A stretch of DNA of 63,130 nt, the filler included, from Octopus bimaculoides (Eukaryota), in NCBI RefSeq assembly GCF_001194135.2. It is 6 parts of 5 records of this genome, joined end to end, with 100 filler letters (N's around TTAATTAATTAA, not from the genome) between each part and the next. Parts side by side here need not be neighbours in the genome. Positions count along the whole stretch, not along the records: positions 30,013 to 37,520 come from NC_068981.1; positions 37,621 to 52,432 come from NC_068981.1; 4 more parts are not named here. One strand, 5' to 3'. Each line of letters starts with the position of its first letter. Positions within the stretch are counted from its first letter, which is position 1. Positions 35,211 to 48,560 of this stretch are shown here, piece after piece. Under the pieces are notes generated by a model. It did not search any database. It was not told where the DNA came from and saw only the letters and a program-made list of their open reading frames with translations. The position numbers and the translations under genes were made by a program.

Positions 35211-37442
35211 NNNNNNNNNNNNNNNNNNNNNNNNNNNNNNNNNNNNNNNNNNNNNNNNNNNNNNNNNNNNNNNNNNNNNNNNNNNNNNNNNNNNNNNNNN
35301 NNNNNNNNNNNNNNNNNNNNNNNNNNNNNNNNNNNNNNNNNNNNNNNNNNNNNNNNNNNNNNNNNNNNNNNNNNNNNNNNNNNNNNNNNNNNNNNNNNNN
35401 NNNNNNNNNNNNNNNNNNNNNNNNNNNNNNNNNNNNNNNNNNNNNNNNNNNNNNNNNNNNNNNNNNNNNNNNNNNNNNNNNNNNNNNNNNNNNNNNNNNN
35501 NNNNNNNNNNNNNNNNNNNNNNNNNNNNNNNNNNNNNNNNNNNNNNNNNNNNNNNNNNNNNNNNNNNNNNNNNNNNNNNNNNNNNNNNNNNNNNNNNNNN
35601 NNNNNNNNNNNNNNNNNNNNNNNNNNNNNNNNNNNNNNNNNNNNNNNNNNNNNNNNNNNNNNNNNNNNNNNNNNNNNNNNNNNNNNNNNNNNNNNNNNNN
35701 NNNNNNNNNNNNNNNNNNNNNNNNNNNNNNNNNNNNNNNNNNNNNNNNNNNNNNNNNNNNNNNNNNNNNNNNNNNNNNNNNNNNNNNNNNNNNNNNNNNN
35801 NNNNNNNNNNNNNNNNNNNNNNNNNNNNNNNNNNNNNNNNNNNNNNNNNNNNNNNNNNNNNNNNNNNNNNNNNNNNNNNNNNNNNNNNNNNNNNNNNNNN
35901 NNNNNNNNNNNNNNNNNNNNNNNNNNNNNNNNNNNNNNNNNNNNNNNNNNNNNNNNNNNNNNNNNNNNNNNNNNNNNNNNNNNNNNNNNNNNNNNNNNNN
36001 NNNNNNNNNNNNNNNNNNNNNNNNNNNNNNNNNNNTATATATATATATATATATATATAAATCAAGTGCTTGTATTTGTGCACTTGTGTGTTAAAGGAAA
36101 TTGAGCACAGACGTACTCACGTGGAAGAATGATCACAAATTTGCTCTTCAATCTTAACTTCTGTGGTACAAGCACAATAAGCAGTAACGTTAGCGCCTGG
36201 TTTCTAACGTAACCACAAATCGACAAAATATTTGTGAGAGGGAGAGAGACAGACAGACAGACAGAGACAGACAGACATACAGAGACAGACAGACAGACAG
36301 AGACAGAGAAAGAGAGAGTGTGTGTGTGTGTGTGTGTTCGCGAAGAGGAAAGGATATCTAAGGCGTGTGACAGACTCCACCCACAATTCAAAAACTCTCT
36401 CAATATTTGTCCATATATTATATATTCAATTAGCATGTGTGTGTGTGTGTGTGTAATTTAGCGTACGACACCCGTATTACTAGCAGGCCATTAAAGGAAG
36501 AGTAAGTCGCCTCTTCCGTATGTAGACAGGGTTGGAACCTTGGAAAAGTACTAGAACCCCTTTCGCCTCTCATGCTTGGGATACAATGGATACAAGGACA
36601 TAGGTCTCAGGGCGTCGGATAGCCGACAAGGCGGAGGAGTTCTTGACCAACGGTTTGATTGTTACTGCGGCCAAGCGGAAGATCTTCACTATCAAACAAC
36701 AGCTGCTACTGAGGGGTAGCCTAATTGTCGGCCATGCTCGTTGCACTCTTGTACACCCCTTGGTACCTAGCATGGAGGTCCAGAGGAGACATCTTGTAGG
36801 AGGACAACCCCAACTCTCTTACTCACCATCTAAGGCGTTCATGAACAGAACATTCAACTTTGACCTTCGACAGACAACCGACGACGATATAATTCAGATT
36901 AACGGACAAAAGGAATATTCGTCGAACCGAAGCAACCATTTGATTATTTTTAATTATCATATATATTCGTAAAACACTTTTTAATTATAATTGAAGCATA
37001 ATATACCTCAATTACGAATGGAACTGACAAATACTGACACATTACAAAATGTCACACTACAAAATTATTGCTACAAGTTGCTTGCAAATTATATTCATGG
37101 AAAAGATTTTGTTCATGAATATATTCGCGCTTTAGTGTGTATAAATTTATGAAAATTCATTTCATATTCACTTTCGTAGGATAATATATAATAAAGTATA
37201 ATATATTCAAATATGATAACACTTCTGTCTTACCTTTTGCTAGTTATAATTTCTCTAAAATTTTCAGCTGAGATTCTTGTCACAAGTTTATGCTAAACAG
37301 TTTCCTATCCGCTATCTAATCAACAATTGCAGACAGCATTTCGTCTCTAAGAATTCGAACAAGCGGTAAAATAAAGATGAAATGTTCTTTCAAACGCTAA
37401 AGAAAACTCTTAGAAAGAAATTATTGATTCGCATACGTTTAA

Positions 37443-37520
<78 letters not shown>

Positions 37521-37620
37521 NNNNNNNNNNNNNNNNNNNNNNNNNNNNNNNNNNNNNNNNNNNNTTAATTAATTAANNNNNNNNNNNNNNNNNNNNNNNN
37601 NNNNNNNNNNNNNNNNNNNN

Positions 37621-38441
37621 GCATTAAAAATTGGCAATAAAATCCATATTTCTTTCATAAATTTATTGAAACAAATGATACATGTTCTTTATTGTATGGG
37701 AAATTGAAAGTAAATCTTCATATTTCAACGTAAGCATCGGTGGCGTCAACCAGTTTCCTGAAACGGCCGGGGATGGAATGAAGGACGTCGTCTGGAATAT
37801 CATTAAGAACCCCCTGAATCCGTGTCTCCTAGTCCTCCATCTTGCGAGGTTTTGTCTAGTACACCCTCACCTTTTGTGTAACCCCACAACTGAAAATCAC
37901 ATGGAATGAGATCTGGACTTCTGCAGTTACAGTCTTCAGGTTTTAGCTCTAGCACGTAATGGGGTTTCCATGGACGAAAATTCAATTCTTTATGCAACAC
38001 CGTACGTATTGTTAATCCACTTTCACGAGCTGCTTGACGGGCTGATTTTTGCGGGCTGCAATTAAACATTTCCTGCACTGTTGTTACGTTCTCCACTGAT
38101 CGGGATGTAGTTGGACGGCCACTTCTTGCATCGTTCACAGAGCCCGTGGTCATCAGCTTTGCGTGACAACTTTTTATTTTTTCCGGACGTACTGTTGCAT
38201 GCTTACCTTTCCATGCACGCCACCATCTCTGAACCAAACCGATGGAATTCTACACTTCATAGCAGGCTGCTATCTTAGCTCGCTCCTGATCAGTCAAGCG
38301 ACCGGTCATCTGGAAAATAAGAAATAAGAACTAAGACAATAAGAAAATAAGAAATTCCCATCAGTGTTTTCGTCATGACTTCAGTGATACTAAAAATTCT
38401 AGAAGCAATTTCTAATGCCTAGTTACTTTTCACCCACCCTG
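37621..38441 (-). mobile_element. Tc1/mariner (DD41D-like) internally deleted element with intact 5' TIR
   Basis: Minus strand begins TA|CAGGGTGGGTGAAAAGTAAC. ORF has HTH motifs TGSVNDARSGRPTTSR and SPQKSARQAARE, then RPWKPHYV joined directly to RSPDLIPCDFQLWGY (most of the DDE domain deleted). Confidence 0.82.
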
Positions 38442-38524
38442 TATATGTGTGTGTGTGTATGCGTGTGTATGTGTGTGTGTGTGTATGTGTGTGTGTATGT
38501 GTGTGTGTATTTGTGTGTGTGTGT

Positions 38525-38728
38525 GTGTTTGTGTTGGATCCCCACCACCGCCTGGCAACCGGTGCTGGTGTGTTTACGTTCTCGTAACTTAGTGGTTTGG
38601 CAAAAGAGACCGATAGAATAAGTACTAGGCTTAGAAAGAATAAGTCTTGGGGTCGATTTGTTCGACTAAAACCCTTCAAGGCGATGCTCCAGCCTGGCTG
38701 CAGTCAAATAACTGAAACATGTAAAAGA
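38525..38728 (+). repeat. Interspersed repeat family D (…GGCAAAAGAGACCGATAGAATAAGTAC…)
   Basis: Homologous copies at about 55-240(+), 16560-16660(-), 25600-25690(-), 54452-54655(+) and 54810-55015(-). Confidence 0.8.
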
Positions 38729-38750
38729 ATTTTTAAAAAACGAATGCGCG

Positions 38751-38786
<36 letters not shown>

Positions 38787-39477
38787 NNNNNNNNNNNNNN
38801 NNNNNNNNNNNNNNNNNNNNNNNNNNNNNNNNNNNNNNNNNNNNNNNNNNNNNNNNNNNNNNNNNNNNNNNNNNNNNNNNNNNNNNNNNNNNNNNNNNNN
38901 NNNNNNNNNNNNNNNNNNNNNNNNNNNNNNNNNNNNNNNNNNNNNNNNNNNNNNNNNNNNNNNNNNNNNNNNNNNNNNNNNNNNNNNNNNNNNNNNNNNN
39001 NNNNNNNNNNNNNNNNNNNNNNNNNNNNNNNNNNNNNNNNNNNNNNNNNNNNNNNNNNNNNNNNNNNNNNNNNNNNNNNNNNNNNNNNNNNNNNNNNNTT
39101 TTTTTTTTTTTTTTTTTTTTTTTTGCACACCATGTACAAGCAATATTTGTATGATCGAAGGAGTGAGTTAATGTGCAGTGCAATCTTTTAATCACTATTA
39201 GCAAAAATCGGTGCAGGTTATTCAATAAGAAATTATCGACTCTCCCAAGTTGTTCAGCAAGAAATTGCAGAACCTACAGGAGAGTCCACGAATTTATCGA
39301 CTCCTGAAGGATGAAAGGCAAAGTGGACTCCAGTTGGTCTAGAAGTGAGAACGTAAAACGCCACAACAAACGCCATGAGGTAGCTGATTTCACACAGAAA
39401 GAGGAGTAGGCAAGAGAGACAAAAGACAAAGTTGATCTTGTCGGGGAGTTGAGTTCAAAACAAACTAAATTACGAAA

Positions 39478-40492
39478 TATTGATTTCAAACTTTCACATA
39501 AGACCAGCAATTTTGGGGCAGGGGGTAAGTTAATTACATCGAGGTCGAAGTGATCGTCGAGTAAGGTGAGATGAAGTGCTTTAATCCAGAAAATAACGAT
39601 TAGCCCGATCCGGGAATCGAAACAACAATATCATGATCATGTAAGCAACTGGTACTTAGTTTATTGACCCTCAAAGGATGAAAGGCAAAATCGACCTCGG
39701 CCTCGGCAAAATTTGAACTCAGAACGTGAAGACGGACGATACACTGCTAAGCATTTCGCTCGGCATGTTAACTATTCTGCCAGTTCGCCGTCTTTAAGCT
39801 ACTAAATACTGGTTTCAAATTTTGGCACAAGATCAGCAAATTCGATGGAGGGTAAGTCGATTACATCGATCTCAATGCTCAACCGGTACTTATTTATTGA
39901 CCCCAAAAGTATGGAAGGCAAAGTAAACCTCGGCGGTATTTGAACTCAGAACCTGAAGACGGGCGAAATGCTGCTAGACTTTTCACCCGGCGGCTAACGA
40001 TTCTGTCTACACGCTGCCTTTCAACTACGAAATACTGATTTCAAATATTGGTACAAGCCGAGCAATTTCAGAGCAGGGGGTAAGTCGATTGCATCAACCC
40101 CAGTGCTCAGCTGGTAGTTATTTTATCGATCCTCAAAGGATGAAAGGCAAAATCAACCTCGGCGAAATTTGAACTCAGAACGTGAAGACGGACGATATAT
40201 TGCTAAGCATTTTGTTCGGCGTGCTAACGATTCTGCAAGCACGCCGCCCTTAAACTACGAACTACTGATTTCAAATTTTGTCATAAGGCCAGCAATTTCT
40301 GAGTAGGGAGCAAGTCAGTTACATCGACCCCAGTGTTCAAATGGTATTCGTTTTATCGGCCCTGAAAGGATTAAAGGCAAAATCGACCGCGCGGAATTTG
40401 AACTCGGAACATGAAGACGTACGAAATGCCACCAGGCATTCCACCCGAGTGCTAACGATTCTGCCAGCTCGCCGCCTTTAAACTACAAAATA
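39478..40492 (-). repeat. Tandem array of about 4.5 tRNA-derived SINE units (period about 230 bp)
   Basis: Repeated unit CTG(G/A)TTTCAAA...GATGAAAGGCAAA...GAACTCAGAAC...CGCCGCCTTTAA. On the minus strand each unit has A-box-like TGGCAGAATCGTTAG and B-box-like GAGTTCAAATT. Shared spacer (A/G)CTAC(G/T/A)AA.TA. Confidence 0.9.
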
Positions 40493-41624
40493 TTACAAGA
40501 CATTTTGTTTGACACTCTACGGAGTTCGACCTTTCACCGTCTATAAATAAATAATATTGATTTCTACTTTGACATAGAGTCACAAGTTTAGAAGAACAGT
40601 CAGTCACCTAGGGATCATTACGGCTTCATTCGCACTGTACGATTTAGTTCAAATTTTCAACACTGATATAACTTTGTATGCTAATGACAAATATCACGTT
40701 CATTGTGAGCATAAATTAATAATAAAAAGAAATTATAAACGTTTAAAGTTTGAAAAGTCGCATTTGTCTGCTTCCATAAGCAGGTATTTGAACTAACGCA
40801 AGCCGTAGGCTGGGATTAGGGTTTCGGGTTATGGTTTAGGGCTTTGTTAAGGATTATGATGCAGGTATCAGAATCGTGACCTCTTGCAAAAGCTGTTTGT
40901 GTCTATAGCAGAATTTCATTGTCTAGACTTAAAATATAAGCACTGAGACAGATTTATAAAACCCCTCAAGGTGGTGCCCTAACATAGCCACAGTCCACTA
41001 ACTGAACAAGTAAAAGGTAAAATATAAAAGATAAATGTGATAGGAATGACTATAGTGGGTAACATGGGCATCAACTGGTACTTTAATTCATCGACATCAG
41101 ATGAAAGAAATATTGCAACTAATAATAAAAATCCACTGATAATAATAAAAATCCACTGCAGTTTTATTTCCTGTTGTCAAAATGAAGGCAGACGACAACA
41201 TGGAGGATATTCCCCTGCGTTACTACAATACAGAATTAATAAATCATGACACAGGTTTCCGAACATCATTGATGAACAAGACACCATTCAGAGACACTTC
41301 TGCATTGTTATACATTGATGTACAAGCCGCCATTCAAAGATATTTCAGAAAATCGTGTAACAATACAATAAAGCAGTCAAGGAAGAGGATTCTCAAAATA
41401 AGATGAGGAATGGATTGAAAAATATAAAATGGTAACAAGAGGAAATTATATTGTTTCCAGAAATAGTTCTTAGTTTAACTCTAGGAAATGGTTAAGGAGG
41501 TCGCTTTGCAATTACGAGATATTGGTTTCGATCTCAGTGTAACATCTTTGGCTTTATATTGCCGCCCCAGATCAGGCATTGAATACCAACACAACGAAAA
41601 GCGATATATACCACATAAGTGTAC

Positions 41625-42329
41625 CGAACCTCTGCATGATGTGTGGGAAGAAAGTCGAATGCGTGATTCACATCGTTAGCCTCTGTGAAAGTCTTGCGCA
41701 GAAATAGTACAAGCACAGACACGACAAGGTAGCCCTAAACCTTCACTGACTACTGTACCGGATATATGCATATGAGGTAACGAGTGTTTGGTACCAACAT
41801 ACACCGGAAAAGGTAATGGACGAAAACAAGAAGGCAAAGTTCCTATGGGACTTTGACTTCCAGACAGACAAGGTGCGAGAGCATCGAAGGCCGGGTATAG
41901 TATCCTTTAAGAGAGACAAGTACGAGTGTCTAATACTAATAACTGACGTAACAGTATCAGGAGATCAACGTAATGTCATGGAAGAAAGAGAAAAGGTCGA
42001 CAAATGTAGAAACCTGAAAATTGAGATCGCCAAGATGTGAGAGCTGAGAGTCAAACGTAAAAGTTGTTCCTGTTGTCATCGGAGCATTGGGTTCAATAGC
42101 ACCCAATATGAAGAAACATCTGGAAACTTCAGAAATACCCTGCAATTGTGGTGTATTGCAAAAATTGGTTTTACTTGGGACTGCACACATATTGCGTAAA
42201 GTACTCTCTGTTTGAGGTATTTGTTTTGACTTGATGATGGCGCAAACGCCCGGTACACACAATATCTTCAATCTGCATCACAAAATTAGATACAGTGTGA
42301 CGTCTTCAATAATAAAAATAAAAAACTGA

Positions 42330-42400
<71 letters not shown>
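41625..42400 (+). mobile_element. R4/Dong-clade non-LTR retrotransposon 3' end with 3' UTR and (AAT)n
   Basis: LCMMCGKKVECVIHIVSLC, YKHRHDKVALNLH, VWYQHTPEKV, KFLWDFDFQTDK..HRRP, EKVDKCRNLKIEI, VVPVVIGALG, LGTAHILRKVL. Then about 100 nt of UTR and a long (AAT)n. Confidence 0.88.
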
Positions 42401-42403
<3 letters not shown>

Positions 42404-43857
42404 TCATGATCATGATCATNNNNNNNNNNNNNNNNNNNNNNNNNNNNNNNNNNNNNNNNNNNNNNNNNNNNNNNNNNNNNNNNNNNNNNNNNNNNNNNNN
42501 NNNNNNNNNNNNNNNNNNNNNNNNNNNNNNNNNNNNNNNNNNNNNNNNNNNNNNNNNNNNNNNNNNNNNNNNNNNNNNNNNNNNNNNNNNNNNNNNNNNN
42601 NNNNNNNNNNNNNNNNNNNNNNNNNNNNNNNNNNNNNNNNNNNNNNNNNNNNNNNNNNNNNNNNNNNNNNNNNNNNNNNNNNNNNNNNNNNNNNNNNNNN
42701 NNNNNNNNNNNNNNNNNNNNNNNNNNNNNNNNNNNNNNNNNNNNNNNNNNNNNNNNNNNNNNNNNNNNNNNNNNNNNNNNNNNNNNNNNNNNNNNNNNNN
42801 NNNNNNNNNNNNNNNNNNNNNNNNNNNNNNNNNNNNNNNNNNNNNNNNNNNNNNNNNNNNNNNNNNNNNNNNNNNNNNNNNNNNNNNNNNNNNNNNNNNN
42901 NNNNNNNNNNNNNNNNNNNNNNNNNNNNNNNNNNNNNNNNNNNNNNNNNNNNNNNNNNNNNNNNNNNNNNNNNNNNNNNNNNNNNNNNNNNNNNNNNNNN
43001 NNNNNNNNNNNNNNNNNNNNNNNNNNNNNNNNNNNNNNNNNNNNNNNNNNNNNNNNNNNNNNNNNNNNNNNNNNNNNNNNNNNNTATATATATATATATA
43101 TGAAGAAAAGCAACAAAAATGTATTAGGTTATAGCAGTACGTACGTTTCGTACAAACTTCATTTATTTATGTAGTGAGAACACCACATAAGATGTGCAAT
43201 GAAAATGTACTCCTCGGCTGCATAATGGAAGTTCATTTCAGAAAGTCGTTTTGTAAATGTGTGCAAATACAAGAGTAGGAGATGAAGAAAATACCATCTT
43301 GATTGGGCTGTTAATCAACAGTCTAATTATCTGCTTTATTCTCTCTTCTGTTATGTTTATAATAATAATGGAACGCATGTTACATGACAAGTTCAATAAA
43401 AACATTTTCTTGAGCTTATATAAAGTATAACAATCTTTGCAGAAATGTTTTTTTCTGTATAATAAAAATGTATTTGTACATAAGTAAAATATAAACTATT
43501 TAAAATAATAAATATATGAAGAAGGATTATTGCGTAGCTTTTATTGTCAAAAAAAAAAAAAGCAGCAAATTTACGTAGTTAGCGACATTACATTGACCTA
43601 CCCACAGCATAAATGCATACAGACTTCGCATTCAGAGAGTTTGTGATACTTGATGATACTGTAACAATTTTGTTTGCTAATTGTAAGCCTGACATGACTA
43701 TTTACGTCACGAGATGAAGGGCCGAATTTGGCTGTCTACGCCAGTGGACGAAAAAGCAGAGGTGGCTCCGGCTGGATTTATACTGGGAAACTCATGTGAC
43801 ATACTTAAATATCACAAATATCTTCACGTTTCAACTGATTCTGTAACACCACGCTCA

Positions 43858-43900
<43 letters not shown>

Positions 43901-45122
43901 GATTTGAAATGAATTGATTAGGTATGGGAAAAAACAAAGTGTTCGGGCGTATTTCCAGTGCATTTAGTTTTCCATGTTAGTGAATTTATTTCTCGTGTAA
44001 CCCATAGTTCACCCAGCATGTGTCTGAAAATCTTGCTTAAAGAGCAAAACATTATTTGTACTTCGTAACATCAGTATTTTCTGAGCTATCACAACAAAAG
44101 CTTGAAGCAATAAATCACGCAGCAAACTGTGAATAATCATGTTCTAAACGCAAGAAATGACAGCCGAATGGTCTTTAAATTTAACTGTACTTTCTTTAAA
44201 AAAAAATAGCATTGAAGGACAGACAAATTGTACGTCTGTCATGGAATTTCGCACAGAAATGAAAAAAAAAAAAAGAAAGAAAGAAAGATGAAATGTTCAT
44301 CCCTAGAACGCCTTTTATTTGATGTCTGCTTATTTATGGCTGTCCTGGGTCAGAACAGCATAAATAGGATAAAGACAAAACCATCAATAGTTTTCTTAGT
44401 GATCTGATATTTTGGCTCGTAGGCGGTTGGTGACTTTTCATACGAGATTTTCTATGCTTACAAACGTAAAATCTCAAAGGCATACAAAGGATTTAAGAAG
44501 AAATGATAAATGAACGTTTGTCATGTAACTTCAGTCAATATGCAAAACAGATTTGCCAGTCACATCATGTTCAAGTATTTCATCAAATAAATAAGATTAT
44601 ATGGAGCATTCATTTCAAGTTTCGTTCCGTTGCGCTGTTCATCACTCCCAATAATATATAATATTCAAAGTAAATTTTATATATATATGTGTGTGTGTGT
44701 GTACGTATGTATAATAAAAGTATAGATGTATCAGCTTGATCGATGCATTGCCTATAGCTAATCCTAATTTAGGCAGCTATAACAACCCTGCATTTTAAGT
44801 TGCAGTTAAAATTGATGTTTAGACAAAATGTCGAATGAACCACTAGTCGTGTGTACATAGTATCTTATGTCATCAGACATATTACCCGTAATATATATTT
44901 ATAAATATATTTGTATGTGTATGGTTATGCATATATATGTACATATGTGCGAGTATGGTTGTGGGGATAATACAGAGAGCTATAAATATAAAAATTATAA
45001 TTGAGTCTCCAAGGGAACCTCTGTATGGATACACCACCTGCAAGAAACAGATTCCTAAACCCTCCAAAATCACATCCCAGTATATCTTTAAAAGAATCCA
45101 TGCCAGATTGGATACTGCAGTA

Positions 45123-45160
<38 letters not shown>

Positions 45161-45931
45161 GTGTGTGTGTATAAACGACATCTGATTAAAAAAGCAACTG
45201 ACAGACGGTGTTGTTCTCAGCTTGAAAAATTGCGAAGTAAATTAATGTTTCGAGTAGGAAACCCTGGGTAGCTATATCTAACAAGACTTGTGGTTTCTAT
45301 TATAACGTTATATATATATATATATATATATATNNNNNNNNNNNNNNNNNNNNNNNNNNNNNNNNNNNNNNNNNNNNNNNNNNNNNNNNNNNNNNNNNNN
45401 NNNNNNNNNNNNNNNNNNNNNNNNNNNNNNNNNNNNNNNNNNNNNNNNNNNNNNNNNNNNNNNNNNNNNNNNNNNNNNNNNNNNNNNNNNNNNNNNNNNN
45501 NNNNNNNNNNNNNNNNNNNNNNNNNNNNNNNNNNNNNNNNNNNNNNNNNNNNNNNNNNNNNNNNNNNNNNNNNNNNNNNNNNNNNNNNNNNNNNNNNNNN
45601 NNNNNNNNNNNNNNNNNNNNNNNNNNNNNNNNNNNNNNNNNNNNNNNNNNNNNNNNNNNNNNNNNNNNNNNNNNNNNNNNNNNNNNNNNNNNNNNNNNNN
45701 NNNNNNNNNNNNNNNNNNNNNNNNNNNNNNNNNNNNNNNNNNNNNNNNNNNNNNNNNNNNNNNNNNNNNNNNNNNNNNNNNNNNNNNNNNNNNNNNNNNN
45801 NNNNNNNNNNNNNNNNNNNNNNNNNNNNNNNNNNNNNNNNNNNNNNNNNNNNNNNNNNNNNNNNNNNNNNNNNNNNNNNNNNNNNNNNNNNNNNNNNNNN
45901 NNNNNNNNNNNNNACACACACACACACACAC

Positions 45932-45968
<37 letters not shown>

Positions 45969-46239
45969 TACATATATGTATGTGGGTGTGGATACAAGGG
46001 TGTCGTGACGATCATGGATGGAATACTTCGATTATATCTCAGACGTGACCAGTGACTAAACAATAACAGCTGCGGAGAACAATTACAACACCAACAACGA
46101 CACTGATCATCCCAATTTCAAAGCTTTTATGTGTCTTCTCTACCCGAGTCTCTATATAACCACATGATTTGCTGGAAATAGCCAAATATCCTCCATACCA
46201 CATTGTACCATTTTAAAAAGATAAGATCGAACATATCAG

Positions 46240-46635
46240 GTAATGTAGTCCTAATTGTGGTTGATAAGTGTTTGCTGAACAAACTCAAGCATCCTGAGGA
46301 ACCTGACATGTTCTGGTTCTTCTCAGATGAGAACTTTGTCCAATATCAAAAACTAAAAGGAAGGAATAGCAGATGGCCCTGCGCCAGCACTACTGAGGCC
46401 TCCACTGTTATGCACACCGAATTCCCGTCTCTTAGGGTTTTGGGGGTTGTGAGAAATAAAAGTCGTGTCATGCCTCCTCATATTGTTTGTATTCGAGACG
46501 GTTGTCAGAGCCTGGATCGGAAGAGTTGTTTGGAGAAAAGTATGCATGCTCCAACAAGACTCTGATCTCACTCGCACAGCTTGCACGACCCAGGAGTGAA
46601 TGATCGAACAATTTCAGGATCATCTTAACCCTTAA
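46240..46635 (+). mobile_element. Tc1/mariner (maT/DD37D-like) transposase fragment
   Basis: LNKLKHPEEPDMFWFFSDENF, RNSRW, TVMHTEFP, GVVRNKSRVMPPHI, QQDS. The third D is absent, so the family call is an inference. Confidence 0.75.
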
Positions 46636-47966
46636 ATTCTAAGTAATTATAAATTTTAAATAATAAGACTAAGAAACATAACTTAAATAATATATATGAA
46701 ATAAGCTTAAATACTATTATTAATTTAATTAATTAAAATATTTATATTATTAATTTTATAAAAATCGTAGTGTCATTACAATATTAAATCCTTAAACTCA
46801 CTAAAATATTAACGTACCAATAAATACACAATAAATTCTTTTAAATAAACGTTTTAGTCTAAAATCGTTTAGTTTGAACGATTGCATCGTTTAGATATGT
46901 GCTAATTCTATCTTTATTATTTTAACCTAAAACTTCGTTCAAATTGTATTTTAAACGAAAAATTCGTTAAAGTTGGTTTTTGCATATAATATTCCTGTTA
47001 GCTTGTATTATAATGGACGTAGGGTTGATATGGAATGTTTATAATTTTGATATTTTTTATAATATTTTTCTATCATAAATATTTTATATACATTCATTTG
47101 TTATTTATTGTTGGTTGATATATACTTTCTTTTATTATTATTATTATTATTATTGTTTTATTTTGACCTGAAGATTAGCTATATTTTTTAATAGAATTGA
47201 TTTTCGATAGTTTTAATCGATTTAAATATTCTTTCTATTTGAAAATTGGTTATGAAATATCCCCTAAGCAACCAGGGGATATTTAAATCCGAAGGCACTC
47301 ATGGAAATTACTTGTGTGGGTATCGTCTTCGTTAGAAGGTATCCAGAGGCAGGTAATTTATTGTTTAAACCGCAGTTTATAATTATAATTATGTGGAGAA
47401 TGGAGAAACAAACACAAGAAGAAGCAAGTCAACTGGGCTAGTTAGCCATTGATTTAATTATGTGCAGATTATATAATGAGTCATTTANNNNNNNNNNNNN
47501 NNNNNNNNNNNNNNNNNNNNNNNNNNNNNNNNNNNNNNNNNNNNNNNNNNNNNNNNNNNNNNNNNNNNNNNNNNNNNNNNNNNNNNNNNNNNNNNNNNNN
47601 NNNNNNNNNNNNNNNNNNNNNNNNNNNNNNNNNNNNNNNNNNNNNNNNNNNNNNNNNNNNNNNNNNNNNNNNNNNNNNNNNNNNNNNNNNNNNNNNNNNN
47701 NNNNNNNNNNNNNNNNNNNNNNNNNNNNNNNNNNNNNNNNNNNNNNNNNNNNNNNNNNNNNNNNNNNNNNNNNNNNNNNNNNNNNNNNNNNNNNNNNNNN
47801 NNNNNNNNNNNNNNNNNNNNNNNNNNNNNNNNNNNNNNNNNNNNNNNNNNNNNNNNNNNNNNNNNNNNNNNNNNNNNNNNNNNNNNNNNNNNNNNNNNNN
47901 NNNNNNNNNNNNNNNNNNNNNNNNNNNNNNNNNNNNNNNNNNNNNNNNNNNNNNNNNNNNNNNNNN

Positions 47967-47997
<31 letters not shown>

Positions 47998-48469
47998 CAT
48001 ATTCCATGAGAAATAGAAGTAACACGAGGGACAGAAAGACTTTGAAGAAGTCACACAGTGTATATACGTGTATATATATACACATACACAAACATACATG
48101 TATGTATTTCTGAATACATATCGCCCGCTAGCTTGCTAGCTGAGTAGAATGTGCTTCGTTGAGGATGTCTAGCTCGGTCGAAACATATCCATTCGTTGAT
48201 CTGTTGATCTTAAAGCCCACATTCACTTTGATCTGCATTGCTTGTGTTGTTCTGATTCCCACTCAATTCACCTAATTGCATTTATTTTCCTTGCCTGTTT
48301 TCAGATTTTAGACAACTCCAGAGCGAGATTTTGGTCTGCTAATTGTTTGGATAATTTCAATTGATTTAAGTTTTACAACTCGTTGTAATACGTAATTTAA
48401 ACGCCCACAATATTTGTGTGTATATATGTTTGTGTTTTTGCAGACCCTAGTGAATATAAGTTTGTTCTT

Positions 48470-48560
48470 TCTCTCTCCCTCTCTGGCTTAGATTCTCTCT
48501 CTCCCTCTCTGTCTTAGATTCTCTCTCTCCCTCTCTGTCTTAGATTCTCTCTCTCCCCTC
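48470..48560. repeat. 26-bp minisatellite x3 (TTAGATTCTCTCTCTCCCTCTCTGTC)
   Basis: TTAGATT recurs at 48488, 48514 and 48540. Confidence 0.9.
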
